Positions 54,565-64,000 of a stretch of DNA of 64,000 bases are shown here, in pieces. Source of the DNA: an uncultured Aquiluna sp. (GTDB lineage: Bacteria; Actinomycetota; Actinomycetes; Actinomycetales; Microbacteriaceae). The DNA lies in the NCBI GenBank assembly GCA_965655555.1, contig CBFHGU010000002.1, positions 232,006 through 296,005 on the forward strand. Reading direction: 5' to 3'. The notes beneath the pieces are model-generated. The model made no database searches and was not told where the DNA came from. It saw only the letters and a list, made by a program, of their open reading frames with translations. Positions within the stretch are counted from its first letter, which is position 1. Each line of letters begins with the position of its first letter. Made by a program: the position numbers and the translations under genes.

Positions 54565-54867
54565 TTATGCCTCCTCTGTCTTGGGCGTAGCCGCATCTTC
54601 GGCTGGCTTCTTCTTAGTAGTTTTTGTCGCTGCTGGTGCAGGCACTGGAACCGCACGAATACCCAGTTCACGCTCACGCATGATGGTGTGAATTCGGCTG
54701 ACGTCGCGCTTGACTGCCTTCAGGCGGCCATGAGCATCTAGCTGTCCGGTTGCAGACTGGAAGCGAAGGTTAAACAACTCTTCCTTAGCCTTGCGAAGCT
54801 CTTCAACCAAAACCGAAGACTCGATTTTGTCTAGATCCTGTGGGGTTAGGTTCTTTGAACCGATCAT
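54565..54867 (-). CDS. rpmC: 50S ribosomal protein L29
   Basis: [24 protein letters not shown]. Confidence 0.96.
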   Translation of the reverse strand: MIGSKNLTPQDLDKIESSVLVEELRKAKEELFNLRFQSATGQLDAHGRLKAVKRDVSRIHTIMRERELGIRAVPVPAPAATKTTKKKPAEDAATPKTEEA

Positions 54868-55286
54868 TATGCGTCACCTTCTTCACGCTTGATGATGCGA
54901 GCCTTCAGCGGGAGCTTGTGGATCGCACGAGTCAGAGCCTCTTTGGCAATGTCCTCAGATACACCGCTGAGCTCGAAGAGCACGCGGCCAGGCTTTACGT
55001 TAACTACCCACCACTCAGGAGAACCCTTACCGGAACCCATTCGGGTTTCGGCTGGCTTCTTGGTTAGTGAACGGTCAGGGAACACGTTGATCCAGACTTT
55101 TCCACCACGCTTGATGTGACGGGTCATGGCAATACGTGCTGCCTCAATCTGACGGTTGGTTACATAAGCAGGCGTGATTGCCTGGATACCCCACTCGCCG
55201 AACGAGACCTTAGTTCCACCGGTTGCGTGCCCCTTACGCTTCGGGCTGTGCTGCTTGCGGTGCTTTACTTTTCTAGGAATCAGCAT
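54867..55286 (-). CDS. rplP: 50S ribosomal protein L16
   Basis: [16 protein letters not shown]. Confidence 0.98.
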   Translation of the reverse strand: MLIPRKVKHRKQHSPKRKGHATGGTKVSFGEWGIQAITPAYVTNRQIEAARIAMTRHIKRGGKVWINVFPDRSLTKKPAETRMGSGKGSPEWWVVNVKPGRVLFELSGVSEDIAKEALTRAIHKLPLKARIIKREEGDA

Positions 55287-56044
55287 TACTTGGCTTCGCT
55301 TCCTGCTGCTTGAGGAGCAGCTTCACCTGGACGGCCGCCGCGGCGTCCGCCGCCGGCACCCTGACGAGGACCGCGCTGGTTTGCCTGCTGAGCAGCAAGT
55401 TCACGAGCGGTTAGGTCACCCTTGTAGATCCAAACCTTCACACCGATGCGACCGAATGTGGTCTTAGCCTCGTAGAAACCGTAATCAATGTTTGAACGAA
55501 GGGTGTGTAGCGGCACTCGACCTTCGCGGTAGAACTCGCTACGAGACATTTCAGCGCCACCTAGACGGCCCGAGCACTGAATTCTGATTCCCTTGGCGCC
55601 AGAACGAATTGCTCCCTGGATGCCCTTACGCATTGCACGACGGAAAGCAACACGAGCAGCTAGCTGCTCGGCTACACCCTGTGCAACAAGCTGTGCATCA
55701 GCCTCTGGGCTCTTAACCTCAAGGATGTTTAGTAGAACCTGCTTACCGGTTAGCTTCTCTAGCTCGGTGCGCAGAGTCTCAGCCTCTGAACCACGACGCC
55801 CGATAACCAAACCTGGACGAGCAGCGAAGATGTCAACGCGGACGCGGTCACGAGTTCGCTCTAGCTCGATACGGCTAATGCCGGCACGGTCTAGCTTCTC
55901 CTGAAGGTACTCGCGGATTTTTACATCCTCGGTTACGTAGTCGGCGTAGCGCTGACCCTTCTTGGTGCTGTCTGCAAACCAACGTGAGCGGTGCTCAGTG
56001 GTGATTCCTAGGCGGAAGCCGTAGGGATTGACTTTCTGACCCAT
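55286..56044 (-). CDS. rpsC: 30S ribosomal protein S3
   Basis: [22 protein letters not shown]. Confidence 0.98.
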   Translation of the reverse strand: MGQKVNPYGFRLGITTEHRSRWFADSTKKGQRYADYVTEDVKIREYLQEKLDRAGISRIELERTRDRVRVDIFAARPGLVIGRRGSEAETLRTELEKLTGKQVLLNILEVKSPEADAQLVAQGVAEQLAARVAFRRAMRKGIQGAIRSGAKGIRIQCSGRLGGAEMSRSEFYREGRVPLHTLRSNIDYGFYEAKTTFGRIGVKVWIYKGDLTARELAAQQANQRGPRQGAGGGRRGGRPGEAAPQAAGSEAK

Positions 56045-56046
56045 TA

Positions 56047-56418
56047 CTACTTACCTGCCTTTGCAAACTCGTCGGGGGTTGCAACAACCACGGTGATGTG
56101 GCTGGTGCGCTTATTGATTCTGAATGCTCTACCCTGTGCACGTGGGCGGAACCTTTTCAAGGTCACTCCCTCGTCAACAAAAGCCTTGGAGATGATTAGG
56201 TCATCGGCGTCAACAATCACACCGGATGCTTCACCCTTTGACTTGGCGTTGGCAACAGCTGATGCAACGAGCTTGTAAATAGGCTCAGATGCTGACTGTG
56301 GAGCAAATTTCAAAATTCCCAATGCTTCGGTGGCCTGCTTGCCGCGAATCAGGTTGACGACACGTCTTGCCTTCATTGGGGTCACGCGGATGTTTCGCAG
56401 CTTGGCGATCGCTTCCAT
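56047..56418 (-). CDS. rplV: 50S ribosomal protein L22
   Basis: [25 protein letters not shown]. Confidence 0.98.
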   Translation of the reverse strand: MEAIAKLRNIRVTPMKARRVVNLIRGKQATEALGILKFAPQSASEPIYKLVASAVANAKSKGEASGVIVDADDLIISKAFVDEGVTLKRFRPRAQGRAFRINKRTSHITVVVATPDEFAKAGK

Positions 56419-56449
56419 CGTTCTTCCTCTATTTCCTAGGCGCCCCGGC

Positions 56450-56731
56450 TTAGCCGCGGCGACCCTTCTTGTCGTCCTTCACGTGACCACGGAAGGTGCG
56501 GGTGGGTGCGAATTCGCCTAGCTTGTGACCAACCATGGTCTCGGTGACGAAAACTGGGATGTGCTTGCGACCGTCGTGAACCGCAATGGTGTGGCCCAGC
56601 ATGGCTGGAACGATCATTGAACGGCGAGACCAGGTCTTGATCACGTTCTTTGTTGAGGCTTCGTTCTGCACTCGCACCTTTTTCATTAGGTGCTCGTCGA
56701 CGAAGGGACCCTTCTTCAAACTTCTTGGCAT
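56450..56731 (-). CDS. rpsS: 30S ribosomal protein S19
   Basis: [25 protein letters not shown]. Confidence 0.98.
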   Translation of the reverse strand: MPRSLKKGPFVDEHLMKKVRVQNEASTKNVIKTWSRRSMIVPAMLGHTIAVHDGRKHIPVFVTETMVGHKLGEFAPTRTFRGHVKDDKKGRRG

Positions 56732-56742
56732 CTACGGATCTC

Positions 56743-57576
56743 CTACTTCTTGCCGGCGTAACGACGACGAACGATTTGCTTGTCTGATGGGAGGTTTGGC
56801 TTACGTGTACGGCCCTCTTTTTGACCCCAAGGTGTAACTGGGTTACGACCACCAGAGGTCTTACCTTCTCCACCACCGTGTGGGTGATCAACCGGGTTCA
56901 TGGCAACACCACGAACGGTTGGGCGAACACCCTTCCAACGCTTACGTCCAGCCTTACCCCAGTTGATGTTTGACTGCTCGGCATTGCCGACCTCACCAAT
57001 GGTTGCGCGGCAACGGGCATCTACGTTACGGATTTCTCCGGAAGGAAGTCTTAGCTGTGCATTTGGGCCATCCTTAGCAACCAAACGAACAGAAGCACCT
57101 GCTGAACGAGCCATCTTGGCTCCTCCGCCTGGCTTTAGCTCGATGGCGTGGATAACGGTACCAACAGGGATGTTCTTCAATGGCAGGTTGTTACCTGGCT
57201 TGATGTCGGCCTGTGGGCCCTGCTCAATTGCGTCGCCCTGCTTCAACTTGTTTGGAGCCAAGATGTAGCGCTTGGTGCCATCGATGAAGTGAAGCAGTGC
57301 AATACGAGAGGTGCGGTTCGGGTCATACTCAATGTGAGCGACCTTCGCTGGAACACCGTCTTTATCGTTACGAGTGAAGTCGATAACGCGGTACTGGCGC
57401 TTGTGGCCACCACCGATGTGACGGGTTGTGATGCGACCGTTTGAGTTACGTCCACCGGTCTTTGGAAGCGGCCTCAAAAGCGACTTCTCAGGGGTTGAAC
57501 GAGTTAGCTCGGTGAAGTCAGCTACTGATGAGCCACGACGACCAGGAGTAGTTGGCTTGTACTTACGAATTCCCAT
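56743..57576 (-). CDS. rplB: 50S ribosomal protein L2
   Basis: [23 protein letters not shown]. Confidence 0.98.
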   Translation of the reverse strand: MGIRKYKPTTPGRRGSSVADFTELTRSTPEKSLLRPLPKTGGRNSNGRITTRHIGGGHKRQYRVIDFTRNDKDGVPAKVAHIEYDPNRTSRIALLHFIDGTKRYILAPNKLKQGDAIEQGPQADIKPGNNLPLKNIPVGTVIHAIELKPGGGAKMARSAGASVRLVAKDGPNAQLRLPSGEIRNVDARCRATIGEVGNAEQSNINWGKAGRKRWKGVRPTVRGVAMNPVDHPHGGGEGKTSGGRNPVTPWGQKEGRTRKPNLPSDKQIVRRRYAGKK

Positions 57577-57588
57577 TACGTAGGCCCC

Positions 57589-57888
57589 TTATCCGATGTA
57601 GGTGAAGATGTCGATGGAACCGGACTTCAGGCTGACAATGGCGCGCTTGGTGTCTTTGCGCTTGCCCATACCGAAGCGGGTACGACGGGTCTTGCCCTGT
57701 CGATTTAGAGTGTTGATCGAGTCAACCTTTACGTTGAAAATCTGCTCAATCGCCTGCTTGATCTCAGTCTTGTTTGAACGAGTGTCAACCTCGAAGGTGT
57801 ACTTACCTTCATCAATTAGCGCGTAGCTCTTCTCAGAGATGATCGGCTTAATGATCACGTCGCGTGGGTCTTTTTTGATGTCGGTCAT
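57589..57888 (-). CDS. rplW: 50S ribosomal protein L23
   Basis: PIISEKS, NKTEIK, KRAIVSL. Confidence 0.97.
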   Translation of the reverse strand: MTDIKKDPRDVIIKPIISEKSYALIDEGKYTFEVDTRSNKTEIKQAIEQIFNVKVDSINTLNRQGKTRRTRFGMGKRKDTKRAIVSLKSGSIDIFTYIG

Positions 57889-57890
57889 GA

Positions 57891-58532
57891 TTATGCCTCC
57901 TCGGTAACGACAGCTGCTTCAACAAATGAAGCCATTGCAGCTGCAGTAAATACGATGTCCTCCGAGTGCAAAACGTCATAGGCGTTTAGCTGGTCGGAAG
58001 GGATTACGTGAACCTCTGGGAGGTTACGCAATGACTTATATGACAGCTCGTCCTCACGGGAGAGCACAACAAGAATGTTTCTTGAAGTTGCTACCTGAGC
58101 CAAGAATGCGCTAGCAGCCTTGGTTGAAGGTGACTCTCCGATTGCGAACTGGTCGATAACGTGAATGCGGCCATTGCGAGCACGGTCTGAAAGCGCTCCA
58201 CGTAGGGCTGCAGCAATCATTTTCTTAGGGGTGCGCTGTGAGTAGTCACGTGGCTTTGGTCCGTGGATAATTCCACCACCGCGGTGCTGAGGCATACGGA
58301 TCGAGCCCTGACGAGCACGGCCGGTTCCCTTTTGCTTGAACGGCTTGCGGCCAGAACCTGAAACCTCGCCACGGCGAAGTGTTGACTGAGTTCCCTGGCG
58401 AGCAGCTGCAAGCTGTGCAACTACTACCTGGTGAATCAGTGGCACATTGGTCTGAACGTCGAAGATTGAAGCTGGAAGATCGATAGATCCCGACTTCTTA
58501 CCCTTTACGTCGATTAGGTCAATGGTAGACAT
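57891..58532 (-). CDS. rplD: 50S ribosomal protein L4
   Basis: [22 protein letters not shown]. Confidence 0.98.
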   Translation of the reverse strand: MSTIDLIDVKGKKSGSIDLPASIFDVQTNVPLIHQVVVAQLAAARQGTQSTLRRGEVSGSGRKPFKQKGTGRARQGSIRMPQHRGGGIIHGPKPRDYSQRTPKKMIAAALRGALSDRARNGRIHVIDQFAIGESPSTKAASAFLAQVATSRNILVVLSREDELSYKSLRNLPEVHVIPSDQLNAYDVLHSEDIVFTAAAMASFVEAAVVTEEA

Positions 58533-59191
58533 TAGTTAGTCTCCTTCTTTACCGCGTTGCGCACGAACACCAGCTGGCCCTTAGGTCCCGGTACGGCACC
58601 CTTGATCAAAAGCAGGCCCTTTTCAGGGTCAATGCCGTGGAGGGTTAGGTTCAATGTCGTCACTCGGTCGGTTCCCATGCGTCCAGGCATCTTCTTGCCC
58701 TTCAAAACACGAGAAGGCGTAGTACCGGCACCAACAGAACCAGGCTTACGGTGGTTCTTGTGTGCACCGTGAGAGGCGTGAATACCGGCAAAGCCGTGAC
58801 GCTTCATAACACCGGCGAAACCCTTACCCTTGCTGGTTCCAACAACATCTAGCATCTGACCAACCTCGAAGATGTCAACACCGATGGCCTGGCCAACGGT
58901 GTAGTTCTCGGTGTCAGCAGTGCGGATTTCTGCTAGGAAACGACGAGGGGTTGATCCAGCCTTTGCAAAGTGGCCAGTTGATGGCTTGTCTACCTTGCGT
59001 GGGTCAATCGCGCCATATGCAAGCTGAATGGCCGCATAGCCGTCGGTTTCTAAATTCTTAATTTGAGTGATGACGTTCTCGCCAGCCTCAACAACTGTGA
59101 TGGGAACAATCTTGTTGTCGGCATCCCAGCCCTGGGTCATGCCAAGCTTCTTGCCCAGCAGTCCCTTTACGGTTCTAGTGTTTACAGTCAT
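58532..59191 (-). CDS. rplC: 50S ribosomal protein L3
   Basis: [20 protein letters not shown]. Confidence 0.98.
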   Translation of the reverse strand: MTVNTRTVKGLLGKKLGMTQGWDADNKIVPITVVEAGENVITQIKNLETDGYAAIQLAYGAIDPRKVDKPSTGHFAKAGSTPRRFLAEIRTADTENYTVGQAIGVDIFEVGQMLDVVGTSKGKGFAGVMKRHGFAGIHASHGAHKNHRKPGSVGAGTTPSRVLKGKKMPGRMGTDRVTTLNLTLHGIDPEKGLLLIKGAVPGPKGQLVFVRNAVKKETN

Positions 59192-59201
59192 TTCTCAATC
59201 C

Positions 59202-59510
59202 TTAGAGCTTGATCTCGATGTTGACATCTGCTGGGAGGTCCAGGCGCATCAGCGAGTCGACCGCTTTTGGAGTCGGGTCGACAATGTCGATGAGACGCTT
59301 GTGGGTACGCATCTCAAAGTGCTCACGGCTGTCCTTGTACTTGTGTGGCGAGCGGATGACCGTCACGATGTTCTTCTCGGTGGGCAGTGGCACTGGGCCT
59401 ACTACCTTTGCACCGGCGCGGGTGACTGTATCGACGATCTTGCTCGCCGACACATCGATGACCTCGTGGTCATACGACTTCAGTCGAATGCGGATCTTGT
59501 TAGCCGCCAT
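59202..59510 (-). CDS. rpsJ: 30S ribosomal protein S10
   Basis: [26 protein letters not shown]. Confidence 0.98.
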   Translation of the reverse strand: MAANKIRIRLKSYDHEVIDVSASKIVDTVTRAGAKVVGPVPLPTEKNIVTVIRSPHKYKDSREHFEMRTHKRLIDIVDPTPKAVDSLMRLDLPADVNIEIKL

Positions 59511-59900
59511 AATGACTCGCTTCCGTTTCTAGGTGACCTTTCGGCCACACAACTTGGGATCAGTTCAATTTGCGAAAGACGCAAACCTAGCTGACCGCCG
59601 TAATGCTGATGCACTGTTTTTATGTCAACGCCCTATTTCTAGGGCTCTGCCCAAAATCTTTGAAGATTATTCTCGAGAAAAAATCTCGCAAACAACCCAA
59701 AAAGATTTCAGATAAGTTTTTTGATTCTTAGCTGCGGAAGACCCAGTTGCCTGTGTACAAATCCTGCAGTGGTCTGCGCACAAGGCGCAAATGCTCACGA
59801 ACCTGGAACAGTTTGGCACAGGCGGGCACCGAAGTGCAAGTTAAATTCACGGAAAATTGGGGTAATTTCGCAAAGATTCAGGAGGGGTCCTTAGGAAAGG

Positions 59901-59932
59901 AAAAAACCCCGCAAGTTTTCCTGCGGGGTTTT
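59901..59932 (-). terminator. Intrinsic terminator after tuf
   Basis: AAAACCCCGCA/TGCGGGGTTTT stem with a U-tract on the minus strand. Confidence 0.85.
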
Positions 59933-59952
59933 ATCTCAAGTGATCTAGAAGA

Positions 59953-61143
59953 TTACTTGTTGACCTTGGTAACGGTACCGGCACCTACTGTGCGGCCACC
60001 CTCACGGATTGCGAAACGTAGTCCCTCTTCCATGGCGATTGGCTGAATTAGCTCAACTCCCATTTCGGTGGTGTCGCCAGGCATAACCATTTCGGTACCG
60101 GCTGGCAGGGTGATAACACCAGTTACGTCAGTGGTACGGAAGTAGAACTGCGGACGGTAGTTCGCGTAGAACGGGTTGTGACGGCCACCCTCATCCTTTG
60201 CAAGGATGTAGACGTTGGCGTCAAAGTTGGTGTGTGGAGAAATCGAACCTGGCTTGCAAACAACCTGGCCGCGCTCTACATCTTCACGCTTGGTTCCACG
60301 TAGCAATAGTCCAACGTTCTCGCCGGCCTCTGCGTAGTCAAGTAGCTTGCGGAACATTTCAATTCCAGTAACGGTGGTCTTCTGCTTCTCGCGGATACCA
60401 ACGATCTCGACCTCGTCGTTTACGTTTACAGTTCCGCTCTCAACCTTTCCGGTGATAACAGTTCCACGACCGGTGATGGTGAAGACGTCCTCAACAGGCA
60501 TCAAGAATGCCTTGTCGGTGGCGCGCTTTGGCTCTGGAATGTTTGCGTCACAAGCCTTCATTAGCTCGTAAACCTTCTCGCTCCATGTAGCGTCACCCTC
60601 GAGGGCCTTCAGTGCTGAAACCTGGATTACTGGTGCGTCATCCCCTGGGAACTCGTACTTGGAAAGAAGTTCACGAACCTCTACCTCTACAAGCTCAAGA
60701 ATTTCTGGGTCGTCAACCATGTCTGACTTGTTTAGAGCCACAACGATGTAAGGAACGCCAACCTGACGAGCAAGAAGCACGTGCTCCTTGGTCTGAGGCA
60801 TTGGGCCGTCAGTTGCAGCTACAACCAAGATTGCGCCGTCCATCTGTGCGGCACCGGTGATCATGTTCTTGATGTAGTCAGCGTGACCTGGTGCATCTAC
60901 GTGTGCGTAGTGACGCTCGTCTGTCTGGTACTCAACGTGGGAGATGTTGATTGTAATTCCACGCTGCTTCTCTTCTGGAGAGTTGTCGATCTGATCGAAA
61001 GCGTAGCTGTCGTTCAGTTCTGGGAACTTCTCGTGTAGAACTTTTGTGATAGCCGCAGTCAGAGTGGTCTTACCGTGGTCGACGTGACCAATGGTTCCGA
61101 TGTTGACGTGCGGCTTTGTGCGCTCGAATTTCGCCTTAGCCAT
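59953..61143 (-). CDS. tuf: Elongation factor Tu
   Basis: [23 protein letters not shown]. Confidence 0.99.
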   Translation of the reverse strand: MAKAKFERTKPHVNIGTIGHVDHGKTTLTAAITKVLHEKFPELNDSYAFDQIDNSPEEKQRGITINISHVEYQTDERHYAHVDAPGHADYIKNMITGAAQMDGAILVVAATDGPMPQTKEHVLLARQVGVPYIVVALNKSDMVDDPEILELVEVEVRELLSKYEFPGDDAPVIQVSALKALEGDATWSEKVYELMKACDANIPEPKRATDKAFLMPVEDVFTITGRGTVITGKVESGTVNVNDEVEIVGIREKQKTTVTGIEMFRKLLDYAEAGENVGLLLRGTKREDVERGQVVCKPGSISPHTNFDANVYILAKDEGGRHNPFYANYRPQFYFRTTDVTGVITLPAGTEMVMPGDTTEMGVELIQPIAMEEGLRFAIREGGRTVGAGTVTKVNK

Positions 61144-61247
61144 TGTGGGTCCTCCTGATGGATCCGTTGTAAATCATCGACCGGGCGGCCGACTCTGATT
61201 TGGGTTTGAACAGAACTTCTATTCTAGCCAAGTTTGAGTAGTTTTTA

Positions 61248-63350
61248 CTACTCGCCCTTTGCCTTCTGAACGATTTCTTCGGCAACCGCCTTCGGAACCT
61301 CTGCATAAGTCTCGAATGTCATTGAGTAGACAGCTCGACCAGAGGTCTTTGAACGGAGGTCACCAACGTAACCGAACATCTCCGAAAGAGGCACTAGAGC
61401 GCGAATAACCTTCACACCGGAAGCATCTTCCATTGACTGAATCTGTCCGCGCCTTGAGTTTAGGTCTCCGATAACGTCTCCCATGTATTCCTCCGGGGTA
61501 CGCACTTCAACTGCCATCAATGGCTCGAGCAGAACTGGATCTGCCAGACGAGCGGCCTCTTTAAAGACCATCGATCCGGCAAGCTTGAACGCCATTTCTG
61601 ACGAGTCGACATCGTGATAAGCGCCATCCAACAGGGTCGCCTTTACGCCTACAACCGGGTAGCCAGCGAGCACACCGGACTGCATAGCGTCCTTCATGCC
61701 GGCATCAACCGATGGGATGTACTCACGAGGAACGCGACCACCTGTGACGGCATCCACGAACTCATAAATCTTGTCGCCTTCAACCTCAGCTGGCTCAAGC
61801 TTGATCTGCACCTTGGCAAACTGACCGGATCCACCGGTCTGCTTCTTGTGGGTGTAGTCATGCTTTTCAACTGTGCGACGAATCGTCTCGCGGTAAGCAA
61901 CCTGAGGCTTACCAACGTTGGCCTCAACCTTGAATTCACGACGCATACGGTCAACCAGGATGTCAAGGTGAAGCTCACCCATTCCCGAGATAACAGTCTG
62001 GCCAGTCTCCTGGTCGTTCTCAACGCGGAAGGTTGGGTCCTCTTCAGCAAGCTTCTGAATAGCAATTCCAAGCTTTTCCTGGTCGGACTTGGTCTTTGGC
62101 TCAATGGCAACAGAGATAACTGGCTCTGGGAATGTCATTGACTCCAAAACAATCTGGTTGTCTGGATCACAAAGGGTGTCACCGGTTGTGGTGTCTTTCA
62201 GACCGATAGCCGCATAGATGTGACCAGCGGTTACGCCGTCAACTGGGTTTTCCTTGTTGGCGTGCATCTGGAATAGCTTTCCGATGCGCTCCTTGCGGCC
62301 CTTGGTTGAGTTGATAACACCGGAACCGCCATCGACCTTTCCGGAGTAAACGCGGATGTAGGTAAGACGACCGAAGAACGGGTGGGTAACAACCTTGAAT
62401 GCAAGAGCTGCAAACGGCTCGTTGGTGTCAGGCTTGCGAGTTAGGCGCTTCTCCTCGTCACGAGGGTCACCACCTTCAACGCTTGGTACATCCAGTGGTG
62501 AGGGCAGGTAGTCAAGAACTGCATCCAGCATTGGCTGGACACCCTTGTTCTTGAAAGCAGAACCACAAAGAACCGGGTAAGCATCGCCTGCAACGGTTAG
62601 CTTGCGGATTCCAGCCTTGATTTCAGCAACCGAGATGTCTTCGCCGTTGAAGTACTTTTCCATCAATTCGTCTGAGGTGTCGGCTACAGCTTCAATCAGC
62701 TGTGCGCGGTACTCGTCAGCCTTGGCCTGCAAGTCTGCAGGAATTGGCTCGACTTCATACTTGGCACCCATTTCAACGTCTCCACGCCAGGTAAGCGCAC
62801 GCATCTCAACTAGGTCAATGATTCCTTCGAAATCGTTCTCAGCACCGATTGGAAGCTGAATAACCAATGGCTTAGCTCCTAGGCGGTCAACGATGGTCTT
62901 GACGGTGAAGTAGAAGTCAGCTCCAAGCTTGTCCATCTTGTTGACAAAGCAAATACGAGGAACGTTGTACTTGTCAGCCTGACGCCAAACGGTCTCGGAC
63001 TGCGGCTCAACACCCTCTTTACCGTCGAACACAGCAACGGCACCGTCTAGAACACGAAGTGATCTTTCAACCTCAACGGTGAAGTCAACGTGGCCAGGGG
63101 TGTCGATGATGTTGATCTGGTGGTTGTTCCAGAAACAGGTGGTGGCAGCAGAGGTGATGGTAATTCCACGCTCTTGCTCTTGCTCCATCCAGTCCATCTG
63201 AGATGCACCATCGTGGGTCTCACCGATCTTGTGGGTGATACCTGTGTAAAACAAGATTCGCTCGGTAGCGGTTGTCTTACCGGCGTCAATGTGCGCCATG
63301 ATGCCAATGTTACGAACCTTGTTCAGGTCGGTGAGCACGTCTTGTGCCAC
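61248..63350 (-). CDS. fusA: Elongation factor G
   Basis: [26 protein letters not shown]. Confidence 0.99.
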   Translation of the reverse strand: MAQDVLTDLNKVRNIGIMAHIDAGKTTATERILFYTGITHKIGETHDGASQMDWMEQEQERGITITSAATTCFWNNHQINIIDTPGHVDFTVEVERSLRVLDGAVAVFDGKEGVEPQSETVWRQADKYNVPRICFVNKMDKLGADFYFTVKTIVDRLGAKPLVIQLPIGAENDFEGIIDLVEMRALTWRGDVEMGAKYEVEPIPADLQAKADEYRAQLIEAVADTSDELMEKYFNGEDISVAEIKAGIRKLTVAGDAYPVLCGSAFKNKGVQPMLDAVLDYLPSPLDVPSVEGGDPRDEEKRLTRKPDTNEPFAALAFKVVTHPFFGRLTYIRVYSGKVDGGSGVINSTKGRKERIGKLFQMHANKENPVDGVTAGHIYAAIGLKDTTTGDTLCDPDNQIVLESMTFPEPVISVAIEPKTKSDQEKLGIAIQKLAEEDPTFRVENDQETGQTVISGMGELHLDILVDRMRREFKVEANVGKPQVAYRETIRRTVEKHDYTHKKQTGGSGQFAKVQIKLEPAEVEGDKIYEFVDAVTGGRVPREYIPSVDAGMKDAMQSGVLAGYPVVGVKATLLDGAYHDVDSSEMAFKLAGSMVFKEAARLADPVLLEPLMAVEVRTPEEYMGDVIGDLNSRRGQIQSMEDASGVKVIRALVPLSEMFGYVGDLRSKTSGRAVYSMTFETYAEVPKAVAEEIVQKAKGE

Positions 63351-63435
63351 GGTTGCCTCCGAAAAGTTTTGTTGACGATGAATTTGTAGCTGTTATCTCG
63401 AAAACTTCTTAGCCCCCGAGACAGGTGTTGCTGGT

Positions 63436-63906
63436 TTACCAGCGGTAGTGCGCGAATGCCTTGTTTGCTTCTGCCATCTTGTGAGTGTCTTCGCGACGCT
63501 TCACCGCAGCACCTAGGCCGTTTGAAGCATCGAGAATCTCGTTCATTAGACGCTCGGTCATGGTCTTTTCGCGACGCTGCTTAGCGAAGTGAACCAACCA
63601 GCGCATCGCCAAGGTGTTAGCACGGTGGCTCTTTACCTCGATCGGAACCTGGTAGGTCGAACCACCAACGCGGCGTGAACGAACCTCAACTGTTGGGCGG
63701 ACGTTGTCCAGAGCCTTCTTTAGAAGAACTACTGGGTCATCGCCGGTCTTGACGTTTGTGCCCTCAAGAGCACCGTAAACGATCTTCTCTGCGATTGACT
63801 TTTTTCCGTCAAGCAAAATCTTGTTGACTAGCTGAGAAACAACCTGAGAACCGTAAACCGGGTCAAGTGCAACTGGACGCTTAGATATTGGGCCTTTACG
63901 AGGCAT
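63436..63906 (-). CDS. rpsG: 30S ribosomal protein S7
   Basis: [25 protein letters not shown]. Confidence 0.98.
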   Translation of the reverse strand: MPRKGPISKRPVALDPVYGSQVVSQLVNKILLDGKKSIAEKIVYGALEGTNVKTGDDPVVLLKKALDNVRPTVEVRSRRVGGSTYQVPIEVKSHRANTLAMRWLVHFAKQRREKTMTERLMNEILDASNGLGAAVKRREDTHKMAEANKAFAHYRW

Positions 63907-64000
63907 TACTTACCCTTCTTTGCGCCGTAGAGGCTTCTGGCCTGCTTACGGTCTTTAACAGCCTGAGTATCAAGTGCACCGCGAACAATCTTGTAACGCA
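63906..64000 (-). CDS. rpsL: 30S ribosomal protein S12, 3' end only (truncated by the window)
   Basis: Hand translation: [35 protein letters not shown] overlap with rpsG. Confidence 0.95.
   Translation of the reverse strand, partial: RYKIVRGALDTQAVKDRKQARSLYGAKKGK

Overview
Core-genome window from a compact, moderate-GC actinobacterium. Gene order and protein features point to Microbacteriaceae, plausibly the streamlined Luna-1 group (Aquiluna/Rhodoluna-like); this is inference, not a database hit. From left to right it holds a 5'-truncated GH13 alpha-amylase, a heterodimeric ABC exporter pair, purH-purN, a DUF6350 membrane gene, sucCD, pcrA, a GDPD, guaA and DUF3817. A self-contained 6 kb polyol PTS block follows (DeoR, split mannitol-family IIC/IIB/IIA, mtlD, HPr, EI), then a SURF1-like gene, guaB3, guaB, a liv-type ABC importer, rarD and a solitary groES with a CIRCE-like operator. 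After these come a SAM methyltransferase, a rimI-tsaD fusion with tsaB/tsaE, alr, acpS, glmS, coaA, glmM, rpsI-rplM, truA, and the alpha, spc, S10 and str ribosomal operons; rpsN and rpsD are missing from their usual positions. I found no rRNA, tRNA, CRISPR, prophage or IS element, and no wholly new multi-gene system. The best leads are: (1) the PTS IIC has Phe at the position of E. coli MtlA His195; (2) a multi-helix pseudoknotted RNA element lies before rpsM; (3) a terminator-like hairpin is built into the first codons of truA; (4) RimI and TsaD are fused; (5) L15 carries a ~116-aa Ala/Lys/Pro tail whose first 10 residues are identical to those of S17; (6) a 51-aa glycine-zipper ORF is absent from the ORF track.
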